From: Peribolospora baueri
Lineage: Eukaryota
Length of the DNA stretch: 64,000 bases
Direction of reading: 5' to 3'
Assembly: GCA_029717555.1 (NCBI GenBank)
Contig: JAMDHS010000016.1
Span: forward strand, 1-64,000
The translations under genes were made by a program, and so were the position numbers. The notes beneath the pieces are model-generated. The model was not told the DNA's origin. It made no database searches and worked only from the letters and a program-made list of their open reading frames with translations. This document shows, piece after piece, positions 51,201-64,000 of the stretch (position 1 is its first letter; every line of letters begins with the position of its first letter).

Positions 51201-52808
51201 ATGGCCTCCAAACTCCTGAGCATGTCGCTAGACGACATCGCAAAGCAGCAGAAGCGCGAGACCCACCAAAGCAGCGGCGGTGGTGGCGGCGGTGGTGGGC
51301 GTGGAAGAGGAGGACCCTTGGGCGGCAGGAACTCGCCATATGCCGTAAGTAGCGACGCTCCATCCACCCGTCTTGAGCGTGTATTCGGCGCCCCCGCGGG
51401 CTCCGTCGGAACACGCTTGGACGGCCGTGGGACAGTTCGCTCATCTTTTTGTCTCTTATATTCCATCTCACCTGCAGCGCCCAGGACGTACCTCCGATAA
51501 CGCGGATGACAAGTGGCAGCACGATCGCTTTGACGACGGTTCCCGCCGTCGAGGTCCCCCAGGTCGAGCCGGCGCCTCGGCCGCGGCGGCGGCGGCGCCT
51601 GGGATGACCTCCAAGCTTATAATTGAGAATTTGCACTATGAGGTTTCCGAGGCAGACCTCAAGGTGGGTGTGGCGCGACGTCCAGCTGGTCCTTGCAGCA
51701 CGACATTGACGGTCGTGCGGCGTCCTTCTCCTCTCCTTCTCGCGCTTTCCCTTCCCGCTCCACCGGTTTCAGAGCCTCCTGGAAGAGGTTGGCACCATTG
51801 TGAAGGGGCCCAAGATCAAAGTACGCACACGTTTCTGAGCTCATTGGTGCAGTGACCGTCCAGGGTCGGTGACACCCCAAGGAAGCGGCGCGTCGACCAG
51901 CCTCTCACCTCCCGACCGACGCGTCCTGCCTTTTCCTTCGCTCCAAATGCCCTCCCCTTCGGCAACTTGTTTTATCGTGACTTCGCTCTTACGTCCGATC
52001 CAGTTCGACAAGTCTGGACGCTCGACAGGAAGCGCTTGGGTCTTATACGAAAACCCTCGGGACGCCACGGCGGCCAAGAAAGCCTACAACGGCGCGCTTG
52101 CGAAGGGTGAATCGGAGATCCGTTGATCGATGTGGTTCCTCTGACGTTGCGCAGACACCGTATCTCTCGAGCGCCTGTGCTGACTTTATCCCTGCTGTTA
52201 ATCCTTCTAGGTCAAGAGCTCAAACTCTCCTATGACTCTACCGGTATTCCGCGCGTAGCATCCGCAGGTGGAAGCAAGGATCTTCTGGCTAGGATGAACA
52301 GGTAAGGAAACCATGCCGCGAACAATGACTTTATTTGCCAGCTTTCCCTCTTCTTTTCCCGTCCATTGGCCCCATTTGATTCGATAAATCGTGTGCTACC
52401 TACAGCCATCCTTCCCGTCCGAATTCACGCAGCCGAGGACGCGAAGGTTCGGGCAACCTACGAACGGCGAGCGGAAGGGGAGCGCGAGGCGCCGGCGGTC
52501 GAGGCGGGCCGCGGGAGAAGAAGGAGCCCAAGACGGCCGAGCAGCTGGACGCGGAATTGGACGCGGTGAGCGAAAGGCGGATTTGCTTGCGGTTGCCATT
52601 CATGCGCTCATCAACGTTGTCATTTTATGCGCTGTACAGTTCATGAAGCCTGCTACGACCCCTTCTGCCGGACCACCTGCAGCAACGGCCCAGCCTGCCC
52701 CCACCGGAGTGAGTAGCTGTGTCCTCACACGACCCTGGCGAACGATTGGCTCACGCACCGTCGTATACGATCCGATATGCACAGGATGGCGACGTGGAAA
52801 TGGCTTGA
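51201..52808 (+). CDS. YRA1: Yra1/ALYREF-like RRM mRNA export adaptor, multi-exon
   Basis: N-box LSMSLDDI, RGG region, RRM (LIIENLHYEVSEADLK...FDKSGRSTGSAWV) and C-box KTAEQLDAELDAFM. Confidence 0.8.
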
Positions 52809-53651
52809 AGGCGAATGAAAAACAAAGCGACGTGCTCGATGCCATCCGCTTCCATCTTTTTTTACTTTCCCGCTCGTGCATGGACGTACTCCCTCCTGTC
52901 CGCGACCCCTCTCTGCCGCACGCTTGTATGATCCCCGTTACGGCTGGCTGTCACTACCTTTCCGTGAAACCAGCTTTTCTATCGGCCCCAGCTGCCTGCT
53001 CGAAGTGCACATTTCAATTCCTGCGGCTGGAAGCGGTACGTCTGCGGATACCAGATAAACATAACCAGTCCACTTGCGGGTCTGCAAAGGCACGGTATAT
53101 GCGTGTACATCATGCAGTCGTGGCCGAGCCGAGCACATCATCGTGATCGATTTGCTCACCATCTCTCCACGCCCAACCCATCTACAGGCCTCCCCACTGG
53201 ATCGTGCCTCGCTCTCTTATCATAACCTGCTCTCTAATCTCACATTGCCGCCTGCTGACGTCCAGTTCTTGATGCCCGTGTTCCTGGCCTGCCGTAGTCC
53301 GCTCGGCATCGCAGAGGATGTGGCCTATAGTCGATCCCTCGTCACGCCATCAATCCTTCGTTTGACGGTCGCCTCCGTCCCGTGGACTCAAGCAGATCCT
53401 GCCGTCCATACGTCTGTCACGCAATTTACGCCATCGCTGTTGCCTGTCGGTATTACGACAAAGGACCATCTGACAGGTCCGGCGGGGAACCCACCTCGCC
53501 ATCTTGTCTGGTCGGGTCGCGATAAAAGCAGGCGCCGGCGGACTTGTTGAGACATCTTTTATCCTTTCATCAGCGTCTCCCTCCGATTCACTGCTTTACT
53601 GTTTCCCCCGCTTCTTGTCCCTATCAGTTAGAACTCATTTTGCTCCTCGCC

Positions 53652-55768
53652 ATGCCCGCCTCCACAGTTGCGGCAACGGTTACTCAGTCCTCCGAGGAAG
53701 CGTGGGCTACTCTGCATCCCCGCCCAGACGACCCACCGTCCGCTGCCTCTGCTCACGACTCTCCGGCTGCCACGCAACCCTCGAGGACAGAGCGATACGA
53801 CCCCCGGAATCCATATGCGGCGGTGAACAGGGATGCTGACAGCAACTACCGCTACTCACACCTCCTTCCAGGCGAGCCCGTCCTCAATCTCCCTCCTCTG
53901 CAGCCGTTCGAGCACACCGACCCCGCCAGCCGTCTCTTCGAGGGGAGAGACACCAAGAAGGATCCTCCATCGTCGGAGGAGGTCGATGCACTGCTCGAAC
54001 AGTTCCAGAAAGAGATCAGGGACAGGGGGGCCGTGATTATCGACCTCACGCCCACCATCGGCACGGAGATCAGGGGTGGCATCCACATTAGCAAGTTGAA
54101 CGATCGGGAAAAGGATCTTTTGGCCGTCTGGGGGGCCAGGAGAGGCGTGCTCGTTTTTAAGGACCAGGACTTTGTTGATCAGGTGAGGCGAGCAGGCATT
54201 CGAAACGAAGGCCAATGACAGACTGAGGCTACAAGTAGCTGAGGTCGTGACACGCATGTATACCTCCTTCATGCTGAACGACTCTTTGGGCCTCCTTCCG
54301 CCAGTCCATCGCCGACCAACTTGCATGGGGATCTTACTTCGGTCGCCTACACATCCACCCCACCTCATCAGCTCCTACCGGTGCTCCGGAGGTGAGAAAC
54401 TCCCAGGCTCTGTTCATCTTCGCGTAATGGCAAGCGCTTTCGCTGACAACCGCTCTCCCATGTCGCCGGGCGGGATAAGTATCACCTCGTCTACCGAGAC
54501 GACGTATCGACTTTCAACCAAGAAGATTCCGAACGCGTCACCTCGGTCCTTTGGCACTCAGACGTGAGGTGCGTGCTCGTCGTGGTCAGTGTGCTCCCAT
54601 GGGGCACTTGGGCAGGGTCTTTTTCCCCTTGAGTATCTCTTTCATGGAGTAAACTCGATATGCTGGTCCTGCGCCCGACCGTCGCTGACTTCGCTTGGCA
54701 TATGATCCGGTGCGGTGCAGTTACGAACAACAGCCTCCCGGCTTGACCCTTCTTGCTCTGCTCGATTCGTGAGTGGCTCGTAGCAAATTCGCCCAGCGTT
54801 CCGTTCCACGTCCTCAAAGGCGCGACCACATCGGAGACCCCCCTCACGACGATCTTATTTCCCTACCCGCGCCTTGTCGGCCAACATTCATCTAGGCCCC
54901 GTACCGGGGGCGACACGATCTACGTCGACCAAAGGGAAGCCTATCGCCGTCTTTCACCCGTCTTCCGTGAATTCCTTCACCGCCTTCGCGCCCTCCACTC
55001 CGGTGTCGCTCAGGCAGAGCACTCGCGCAAGGGAAATCGCGGAGGCGTGGTGCGCAGGGAGCCGGTAGAGAATGATCACCCTGTGAGTGTGAAAACGTAG
55101 GATTGTTTGAATTAGAACGGAGGGACTGAGAGAAAAAGGTGAGCTGATGCGCATGCTCTTCGCGCAGATTGTGCGTCGACACCCCATCACGGGCGAATTG
55201 GCTCTGTACGTGCAGCCTCAGTTCACGAGGCGCATCCTGGGCTTTAAGAAGGAAGAGAGCGGTGAGTCGCAAGTCGTCGCCCTGGCCCCAACTTTGCGTG
55301 TCTTTGCGACTGACTCTCCTTCTATCCTTGGTCCCTCTGTTCTGGACCTCCGTCTGGTTTGCTGGACAGACGCTATTCTCAACTTCTTGTACGATCACAT
55401 CGCCAAGGGCGCCGACTTCCAAGTCCGTGTCAAGTGGGAGCCGAGAGCCGTGGTTGTGAGTATACTTGCCCGTGAAGCAGAGGATAGCTACTACTGACGT
55501 TTGTCTGTTTAACGGTTTGTACATCAGCTGTGGGACAATCGCGTCACCGGCCACGTAAGTAGGAGACCAGTCGGGAACGGACTCGTTAGCGTTGGGATGA
55601 ATGCTGAGCTGACTGCGCTATTCTCTTCTCTTCCTGACTCGGGCTCGGTTATCCAATCGCTTCCAGACTGCTATCGTCGATTTCAAAGGCAACGGAGAGC
55701 GCCGTCACGGTATACGCATCACGCCGCAAGCCGAGAGGCCTCTGCCCCCCCTCGGCATCGACGCTTGA
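53652..55768 (+). CDS. TauD/TfdA-family 2-oxoglutarate-dependent (sulfonate) dioxygenase, multi-exon
   Basis: Motifs DLTPTIGTEI, RGVLVFKDQ, WHSDVSYEQQPPG, GGDT, HPIVRRHPITGE, WDNRVTGHTA and RHGIRITPQAERP. Confidence 0.92.
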
Positions 55769-55897
55769 AGGCGAAACCAGCTCATTGTTTGAGAGGCTCG
55801 GCTTGAGTCACTTATCTTGTCACTGTCGTGTCTTCCTCGCGCCTTTTGGTTTTAGGATCGGATCGAGATGTCTGAATCAAATAGCAATCCACATCTT

Positions 55898-56660
55898 CTA
55901 TGATTTCCCGGCCAAAACCATTCCCACGACGATGCAGGCTGCGCCCAGGTACCAGGTCGGTGTCAGCACCTCGCCTAGGAAAAACGTGGAGAGCAGGGCC
56001 TGAAGTTGCGGAAGAACGTGTCCAATAGCGGCGACATCAGCAGCAGGGCAAAAAGTCCAAACTTTTCTGAATGGACATCTTGCTTCGTCGACGTACCGTG
56101 GCAAGAAAATTGGCCGACATGTTGAGGACGACCACTCGGTCGCCTGCATTGAGCGCTCGAGAGTACAGCGTCCACATCGCGGCGTTGGCTACAAAGATGA
56201 GGAGAAAGGAGAGTGTTCGCAGGACGAGCACGACCTGGAAGAACACAAAGGCATGGTAACAACGAGCACCTGTTGAAATTAAACAGCCACGATTCCGGGT
56301 GAACGAAACGCAGGCTACGTACCCAACCATCCTCTGGCCCATCCCCTTTCGAGCCGCACCGCGCAATCGACGCTCCCCATCCGGAGGAATGCAACCGGGC
56401 TCAAAGGGAAGACGCGTAGTCGTCCGTCCGCTCGTCCGAGAAAAGCTTTCCAAACAGCCCTAAAAAGGCAGATGGAGGTTAACAGGGGGGAGAAAAGGGT
56501 TCGAAAAGAGGAAGGAGACAGGAACACCAGAACTCGTCTCGTCTCACTCCGATCCAAAGGACGGCTCTTAGAGTCTCAGGGAAGGAATGAACTGACCAGC
56601 ACAGGCTGCCAGCGTGCCCGAAGAAAGAGCGAGAACAACGAGGCCTGGTGCTGATGCCAT
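55898..56660 (-). CDS. TMEM42-like small DMT/EamA-fold membrane protein with an in-frame TGA (possible pseudogene)
   Basis: Four exons (56660-56597, 56459-56323, 56234-56097, 55999-55898) encode LALSSGTLAACAGLFGKL, NAAMWTLYSRAL, NMSANF and FLGEVLTPTWYLG. TGA at 56403-56401. Confidence 0.75.
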
Positions 56661-56994
56661 GGGGGGCGAAGGAGCACTGACGCCTCAGCTGGCTTATATG
56701 ACGGTCGTAAGAGGTACGGGCTGACGATGAAGCGGTGGTGAGGGAGCTCGCCAAGTCGGCGCACGGAGCGCACGCACGTGATCTGGTCAACGTCGTTGTG
56801 GACGCCGTCAGGCAGCTGTTCTCGGTATAGCTTCGAGTACGAATACCTGTACTACAAAGCTCTACATCCTCGCCAACATTACGTGCTCCGTCATGTGCGA
56901 CAGCGTATGACCGCCAACTCTCTAGTCCCCTTTACACCTTTCTAAGTTCCCTTGTGTGCCCTCGCTTCCGCTCCTGTCCCGCTTTTCGCACCTC

Positions 56995-59900
56995 TCACAG
57001 CTTCGCCTTGGCCGCCCCGGCCTCAGCGGCGGCGGCGGCCTCAACGACGCTCCTCATCTCGCGCAGCGCCTCAACCAGCTTCTCGATGAAAGCGGTTGTC
57101 CCCGTCTGCGGATTCGAGCGCTTGCTCTCCACTCCAAACTTCAGCAGCTTGGAGCCGGCCAGGTCTGTACGTGCGGTACGATGAGTGTATCGTGTGGTTG
57201 GCCCACGAGTCAGCTCCGTGGTGCGTGCGTAAGAGATGGAGCTAAGGGTATGAAAACGAGAAGGGGCAAGAAGTGGGACTCACAGTTGATACCGTACCCG
57301 TCCGGATACACGGCGCCAAAGCCGGTGCCGTTGAATCGATCGCCAGCGCTGAGACCGCTCGTGCTGAGCCTCCAAGTCTGACTCTCGGTGAAGAGGCCAT
57401 CGTCGAAAAGCGGGTGCGAAGGCGGATCGGTGGCCGACTGCACGAGCCTAAGACCCATCATGTGGCGGTCGCAGCCCTTACCCAGCGAGGCGTCCTTCGT
57501 GTAGGCGTTGTGCGCCGTCGTCGCCCGCTGGAGGAGGTTCTGCAGTTCAGGAGCCTATCATCGCGACCAAAGGACAGATCAGTTGGCATCAGGCAATCTC
57601 GCGATCGAAAGGCAATCCATCAAAGACGCACCTGCTTCTCCAACGTTCCCGCCTTCTTTGCCTCCTCGAGGCCCTTGCAGAAGTCGTAGCTCTCGTCGCT
57701 CAGCGTCCGAATGACATCGGTGCGACCGTGAAGGAAGAGGCGCGTGCTGGCCGTCTCATACGTCGGCGTCATGCGACCATGCTGCTTGTAGTAGGCGAGC
57801 TGGAGTACCATTTGCAGGTAGGCGTCCGGGGAGTGCTTGCCTAAGCGGCCATGAAGGAACGTCGGGTTAGAAGCGAGGAAAGCGGTGAGCTTCCATTTGG
57901 AGAAGGCGTTCCCAGCGTGCAAGTGCACGTGAGAACGGAACTGCGCCAATGCGCGCGGCCGTCCAGGCAACTCACCGACTTTCTTGATCCATTCCGCGCC
58001 GTACTCGTCAAACCAAAGCATCCTCGGATCGCTGTCCGCCGCAACTGCTTTCGCCCTCTCCTCAGCGGCGCGCACGTCCTCGGCGACCTTGGCGTCAACG
58101 GCCCACGACAGCCTCCTCCAGCTCTGGTTGGACGGGGCGGCGGAGGAGGCTGCGAGCTCGTCGGGTATGGTCTCGGCGAGGGCATAGTCGACGACAATGG
58201 AAGGAATGAGAGCGTCGCACGGGGAGTGCTCACCCATGATACCTCCCCTGCCGTTGGCCTCGACGACGACGGACAGGCACTTGTCGAACCACCTGTTGTG
58301 GCCCACTCGGCCCGCGCCGCTACAGGCGAGAGATTGAGCGTCAACGTACGGCGGCGTGGCGGGATGCGGAGGACCAGGGTGATCGTTCGGAACCGGGAGA
58401 ACGAAGGAATCGAGAGAAACAGAGAAGAGAGAAGACTCTATGCTGTCCAAAGTGGTTCGATTCGTCGGGGAGACTGAGAGGAGGTGTTCCCGGGCCTGCA
58501 CGGATTGGGATGACGAGAACAAGAAACATCAGCATATTTCAACAGAAGGCAAGAAGACGTTCTCAACTCACAGCCGTCCACTCGTCCCTGCCGTCCGAGC
58601 TAAGGACGCCCACAGGCAGTTCCAACGAGCCCTCAGCGTCCTTCTTCTTCACATCTTCTACGATGCCCCTCAAAGCCGCCTCGAGGTCGGTCGGGCTCGA
58701 GGGCCGTCCGTCCTGGTCGATAACTTCCAGCTCGTAGAACTGGTCCTTGACGATGACGGTGACGTGACGCTGCGTGCGCGGGTTCGTGGGGTGGCTGGTG
58801 TGGTAGAACGTGTCGGAACCGTGCTGGGGCAGGCGGGTCAGGCCAAAGACCCTGGACGCCGGTTCGCGAAGCCAGCGGGCTGGGAGTCAGTAGGCGGGCG
58901 CGGAGAGACCAAGACACGAGAAAGGAAGGGAGAAAGAAGAGGGTGGCGCGCGAAGGAGCAAAAAGGAAAGCGAATAAAAACCCCGGTGAGCACTTCGCTC
59001 CGTGAGCGCCTGACTCACCGCGTGTACTGATGCATGCAGAACGCACCCGCCCTGGAAGAGTCTGGGATGATCTCTTGCCTATCGCCGGGCCGTACAAATG
59101 AGTGAGGAAAAGAGACGGGGTCAGCGACGATCCTTTCCACCGTCAACATGGCAGGAAGGAAGAAGGGGAGGCGGCCGAGGGTGGACTCACCTATCCAGCT
59201 TCTGTTTGAAGTCGATAAGACGACTAGTGACCCAAGCTGCCCTCCTGAACTGCCAATCTCCAAACTCTTCTCCCTTTCCGAGGCCTCCCATCCCGGTGCG
59301 GACGGACTCGGGGATACTGGGGTCGTCTCGGAACAGAAGCCACCAGTTGGAGTTGACGAGTAGCGGCGCGCGCCACTCGTGGTAGGCTTTCTTGAGCCAG
59401 AAGCCGTCGTCGAGCCAGCTGCTCGGAGTGGAGCGGTCGACGTCTGAGATTGAAGGGGCAAGCAAAAGAAGAACGACTAGTGAGCGCGGAAGTCGACGAC
59501 TTGGAACAGGTGACACTCTGCACGAAGAAGACTCACCGACGAGCCTCTCTTGCAGCACCCTGCCCTTGCCGCCCTTCCTCGCAAAGTCCGTCGCCCATTC
59601 CCTCCTCTTCTCCAACTCCTTCTCGACCGAGCTCCCCTCTTCCAGCTCTCCCCGGTCGGCCATCTGCCTGAGTATCGGTCGGAGGCTCTTGATGTAGCGC
59701 TCCAACGAGGCGTCAAGGTCTGGCACAGGGAGACGTGGGAGCGTGTGCTGGACGGAGAAGGTCTTGGGCTGGTTACGGCGGTAAGGCGTGAGGGCGAACA
59801 TCCTGATATGCTGGCGGGTTTGCGTGGGTAAAAGAAGATAGGGCGACGGAGAAGGGCGAGCTGGCGCAGGTACGTCGGCGCGGGTGAGGAGGGTAGAAAA

Positions 59901-60002
59901 GGAGAGAGCGGCTTGCGGGGACGCGAACGTCGTGCGGGCGATGCTCTGGGTCAGCGTACGAGAGTTGGAGGGGAAGAGGGCGGCTGAACGGAGGTGGACC
60001 AT
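56995..60002 (-). CDS. CAT2: Carnitine O-acetyltransferase with N-terminal presequence and C-terminal PTS1 (AKL), multi-exon
   Basis: Motifs LPRLPVPDL, NSNWW, NRWFDK, EHSPCDA, TYETASTRLFLHGRTD and GFGAVYPDGYGINY; ends AKAKL*. Confidence 0.9.
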
Positions 60003-60645
60003 GGCCTCGACGACGCGAGGTCGGTGCATGAGATGATGGAGAGACAGTTGAACGAGATGGACGTGTGTGAGTCGACAGTTTGACGGCGGGCTGCTCGTGA
60101 AAGCGCAAACCCGGAACTTGCCGGCCCGTTGGTGTGATGCGGCCGCGACGACTAGACTGGACGTGCTCGACGGGGTGCGGTGGAGGGGCAGAAAATTGGT
60201 CGTCGTCGAACGTAAGCGTGCGGCGATGTCCGAGCCTGTCTTGTCCCAAACCTTTCTGGCCTCTTCGTCTCCGTCTTCGTCGTCGTCGTCTTCTGTAGAG
60301 GGCTGAAGGAGAAGTAAACGCGGGGTAGCCGAAGGCAGGTTGAGCCACGTCACGTGACATACAGCCCGGTCGACTCCCGGTGCCGGCAGCTCTGCTAGGC
60401 GGGAGCCGGTGGATGGAGACTGATGATCATTCTTTCGGCCAGAGGGGGTTAATCATCGTCCATTCTCTCTCCTTCTCACCCTCCAACGCTTATCATTCTC
60501 GCCTACGCCTGCAAGTGCGGCCCTCCTCACGCGCTCTGCAAAGCCAATGTACTCTGCTATTTTTTCTCACACGGTCGTGGCGAGCGAACCGGCACATGTA
60601 CGCGACAGACGTTTCAGCCAAGAGAGGAAGGAAGAGACGACAAGA

Positions 60646-60678
60646 GGACGACGACGACAACGACAACGACAACGACGA
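60646..60678. repeat. (GAC)n/(GACAAC)n microsatellite
   Basis: Read directly from the sequence. Confidence 0.75.
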
Positions 60679-61659
60679 AGGGCCAAAGATCTGCAGGCAC
60701 AGCACGACATGACGCTGACGATATGAATGTACACCCATCATGAAACACGGACAAGACGTCGGATGACACGCCCGCCGTGCGATTAAGGGGCGCAATACTC
60801 CTTTCGAGCTCCCTCTCGCCCCGCTCGACCCGTGTTCGCCCACGAAGGGACGACGCCTGAACGGCGGCCCGCGTCACAGCCGTCCCCCGTCGGAAGGAGA
60901 GAGGGACGACGCGGGCTGGTAGGCAGGGCTTGGTAGATGAAGAAGGAAGGAGAGGAAGCGAGCAAGCAAGCAAACTCTTCCCTCCCCTCGGAGCTTCGGA
61001 GTTTGCGCCGCAGTCACGCCCCTCCCCTCCAAAGCTGGCTCGCAAGGACGAGCAGAGCAGAACGTCGGTCGCGACTGGAAGACAGTCAAGAAAGACAGAC
61101 GTATAGATAGATGATCGCTTGTATCCATAAACGATGTCCGAGAATCTATTCGATGTACGAGACTCTATTCGGTACACCTTCCATCTCGCACCACATCGGG
61201 TGTCGGACGGCTCAAAAGGAGGGGAGGGACTGCCAAGGCAAGGGAGGCTCTGCGACGGCGCCATAGACGCTCGCAGTCTGGCTCTCACTATCAATCATCC
61301 GATCAACTGCGGCAGGCCGCTTATTATGTGAACTTGCCCGACTTCCATCGCCCACTCTTCCTTTATGCGAGCCTCTGTCGACCCGGCTCGCAGCTGTCGG
61401 TGACGAGGAAGACTCCGGACGACGGCCTCCAAAAAGGCCTGCCTCATAGCTGTGCTTTTCAATATTACGTGGTAATGTAGAAGATAGAGCTGAAGAGAAA
61501 AAAGACCTCATTTCACCTTTCATCTCCTCTCGCTGGAAGCCCCTTCATCTCCTCATGTGAAGGAAGAAAACCAAAGTTTGCGCCCCCACCCCCCCCCAGC
61601 TCCTCCCTGACACCCGCTTCCCTTGCTTTCCGTGCCGTCGCCACTGCCATCACAGGACA

Positions 61660-63619
61660 TCACATCAACCCCTCCTCCTTCACCACTTGCTCAACCTCCT
61701 CTGGCATGGACCTGAAAAAGTCCTCGTTGTCCCGTTGCGGCTTCCAGCCTACTGAGTGTGCCCGGGGGCAGCGTGAGCGGGAACTGACGGAGGATTACGG
61801 GGAGGATTGGAGGCAAAGAAGTGCGAGAAACAATGAACACGACCATAGGATCGAAAGGGAAGGGCCTTTGAGGAGCGAAAAGGACGGGCCCGCGACGGGC
61901 CCTTATCCGTGTTCGCGCACTCACTTGCTCCCGTGACTGGCGTTGGCGACCCATGCCAGCTCCGCCGGCAAGCCGAGGCCAGTGGCGGCCTCCTCGAGCG
62001 TCTTCCAGCTGATCACGTCGTCAGTTTTGACGTAGCCCATCGCCTTCATCGCCTTTGCGATGCTCAGCGACGTCTGCAGCCACGAGCGCTCGCCCGTCTC
62101 CGTGAAATAGTAGCCATCTGGGCCGTTGGGCGGTTTGGGGGGAGCTGCCGGGACCGCAGACATAAAATCATCGGTGGGTGGTGTAGACGAAATGGGGAAG
62201 ATGTTCGGGTAGGAGGATTGGAGGGTGCACCGGAGGAGGTGGAGGTAGAAAGAGGAGAGGTCATCAATGTGCACGTGGTTCCATAAGGGTACACCCTTTC
62301 CGACGACGTGCACGACGCCCGAGTTGATGGCATCGCGGATGAGCATGGGGATCTAGGAGCGAAAGAAACATCCGGTGACATTGTCAACGGCCCGTTTCCA
62401 TGGAGGCCGTGCACCAGGCTGAACCGACAGGCTGGCCGACACCTCACTTGCAGAGAAGTGATGTTGAAGAAACCTCTCCCTCTTCCGTCTGTCAATGGGC
62501 GGCCGGCGAAGCAAGTAAAAAAAAAAAGAGGAGAGCCGAAAATGAGAACAAATCCTGTCAGCTTTCGTAGCCGTCCACAACCTCCCCTCATTGCCGGACG
62601 CAATGCGAGCGCGGGTCCGCTTCCACGCACTCACAGACCGTGGGAGGCATGACGATGTAACTATCCACATCTCCCCTCGTCCCTGCCTCCTCGATGAGGA
62701 TGTCCACGGCCCGATGAGGCTGCTGGAGCCCGAGCTGGCGGATGTCGTCGACGATCGTGTCGTAATACACCTTCGGGTTTACGTAGTTCCCGCACGCGTC
62801 GTCCGCCAGGATAGCAGTTCCGGATGTCTATGCCGTGGAGAGGGGAAAGAAAGACGGAAGATGAGAGTCGCGATGGAACAGTGGCTGCGAAGCTCCATCA
62901 CCGCACCAGCGCCGTCCGCGCAGACACACTCGGTGATGAGGGACTAACATGAATCAGAATGCCCGGCCTGCCCGTTCCCTCCTTTCGGTGTTTGAGACCA
63001 TGGATGATGGCCTTGGCCGCGGGGACATGATCTGCGTGGGCAGTATGGATGACGACTGTGGAAGGAAGGAAAGTGAACGAGTCTGAGCTGCAAGCCTTTC
63101 GCACGGCCCAGGCTCTTCTGCAAAGTCAATTACCGACGATGCCGGAGCCAGAGCTCACCGTCCGACTCGCCAGACTCTCTCCGAATGACCCTGAAATCCT
63201 CCAGGGTGCCCACCTTGGGCACGACGTGCCCCCTGGTGAATCTCTTCAGCTCTTCCGCCTGCTCGTCGTTGCGCACCAGCGCGCTGATGGACAACAGTGG
63301 CGCGAGGTCGGATTGGAGGAGGTCGTGGAGGACCGTTCCCCCCTAGGAAGCGAGCGAGGGAAGGCGCCATGCCGAGACGCCAAGCCATGGGTGGTATTCG
63401 GGCGCCGGTCAGTTTTTTTGGCCGCATCAGTACCAGCTTAGAAGAGTGATAACGGGGCAAGAAACGCCGGCAGGAAGAGGTTCGCGGCGTGTACGGAGTC
63501 GGACGCTAGCTCACGATATATCCCGTCGCGCCGGTCAAGAAAAGGAGGATCTTCTGTGGAGCACTCCTCCCTCCGTGCGTCTGCGTAGGCGTCGTCGGGG
63601 TCGATCCACCGTCATCCAT
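61660..63619 (-). CDS. NAD(P)-dependent epimerase/dehydratase (atypical SDR), multi-exon
   Basis: Motifs LFLTGATGYI/GGTVL, ILIHTSGT, HRAVD and WNHVHIDDLSSFY; C-terminal SRCPRAHSVGWKP. Confidence 0.85.
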
Positions 63620-64000
63620 TCTGGTAGGACTGATCGCTTCGATCCTTGCACTGCACACAGATCTTTCGGTCTTCGGTCGTCGGAGCGAATGCTCGGGCCG
63701 TCCATTCAGATGCGGCGGGAACCGAGGGGGGAGAGGCAGAATCAGTGGTCAACAGTTCGAAACGTGGTAGGGCTCCAAGTCACCGAAGGTCTGCCGAGTA
63801 AAACGGCTGGGTGAACATGTATAGCGACGTAGGCGGCATATGGCGTTGGCTGAGAGAACAAAAGGAGGCTCAAAACGCAAGACGGGCTGACATGCTTAGA
63901 TTGGAAAGATTTGCACCTCGAGCCGTCTGACAAAGGGCAGGCAACCGAGCACCCGATCGTCTCCCGATCTCCCGATCAGGGGGTCACAAAGGGCAGAACG

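Noticed and set aside
55770..56403. Selenocysteine decoding of the TMEM42-like TGA
   Set aside because: No SECIS-like hairpin is visible in the short 3' region, and Dikarya are not known to have Sec machinery.
60360..61600. ORFs in the CAT2 upstream region
   Set aside because: No domains or coherent splice model; treated as promoter/UTR.

Overview
Gene-dense, intron-rich (GT..AG introns mostly 60-130 nt, CTRAC branch sites), GC-rich fungal nuclear DNA. It is most consistent with a basidiomycete; a retained CENP-K-like gene plus many introns suggests Pucciniomycotina (inference). Positions ~1-4.8 kb are an accessory, TE-derived stretch holding an intronless atypical protein kinase, a 5'-truncated chromovirus (Ty3/gypsy) integrase-chromodomain end with its 3' LTR, and possible further LTR remnants. 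The rest is housekeeping genes: LAA1/HEATR5, SLD5, LRP1/C1D, an auxin-efflux-carrier-like transporter, TLG2, XRN1, ELG1, a glyoxylate reductase-like gene, RAS1, NSL1, ADHFE1/HOT, RPA12, CENP-K, aldose 1-epimerase, an unknown protein, tRNA-Ser(AGA), YRA1-like, a TauD dioxygenase, TMEM42-like, carnitine acetyltransferase and an NAD-dependent epimerase. The most notable observations from manual reading are: a 2-nt micro-exon required in ADHFE1; a hidden spliced 74-aa single-TM microprotein gene missing from the ORF track; a Ras1 gene whose 945-nt first intron holds an in-frame alternative N-terminus with YSPPSxx heptads; an in-frame TGA in an otherwise intact TMEM42-like gene; a 4/11/17-nt micro-exon series at the start of XRN1; and MCB-like boxes upstream of replication/kinetochore genes. 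All gene calls come from motif recognition by eye; no database search was run. I found no clear multi-gene novel system.
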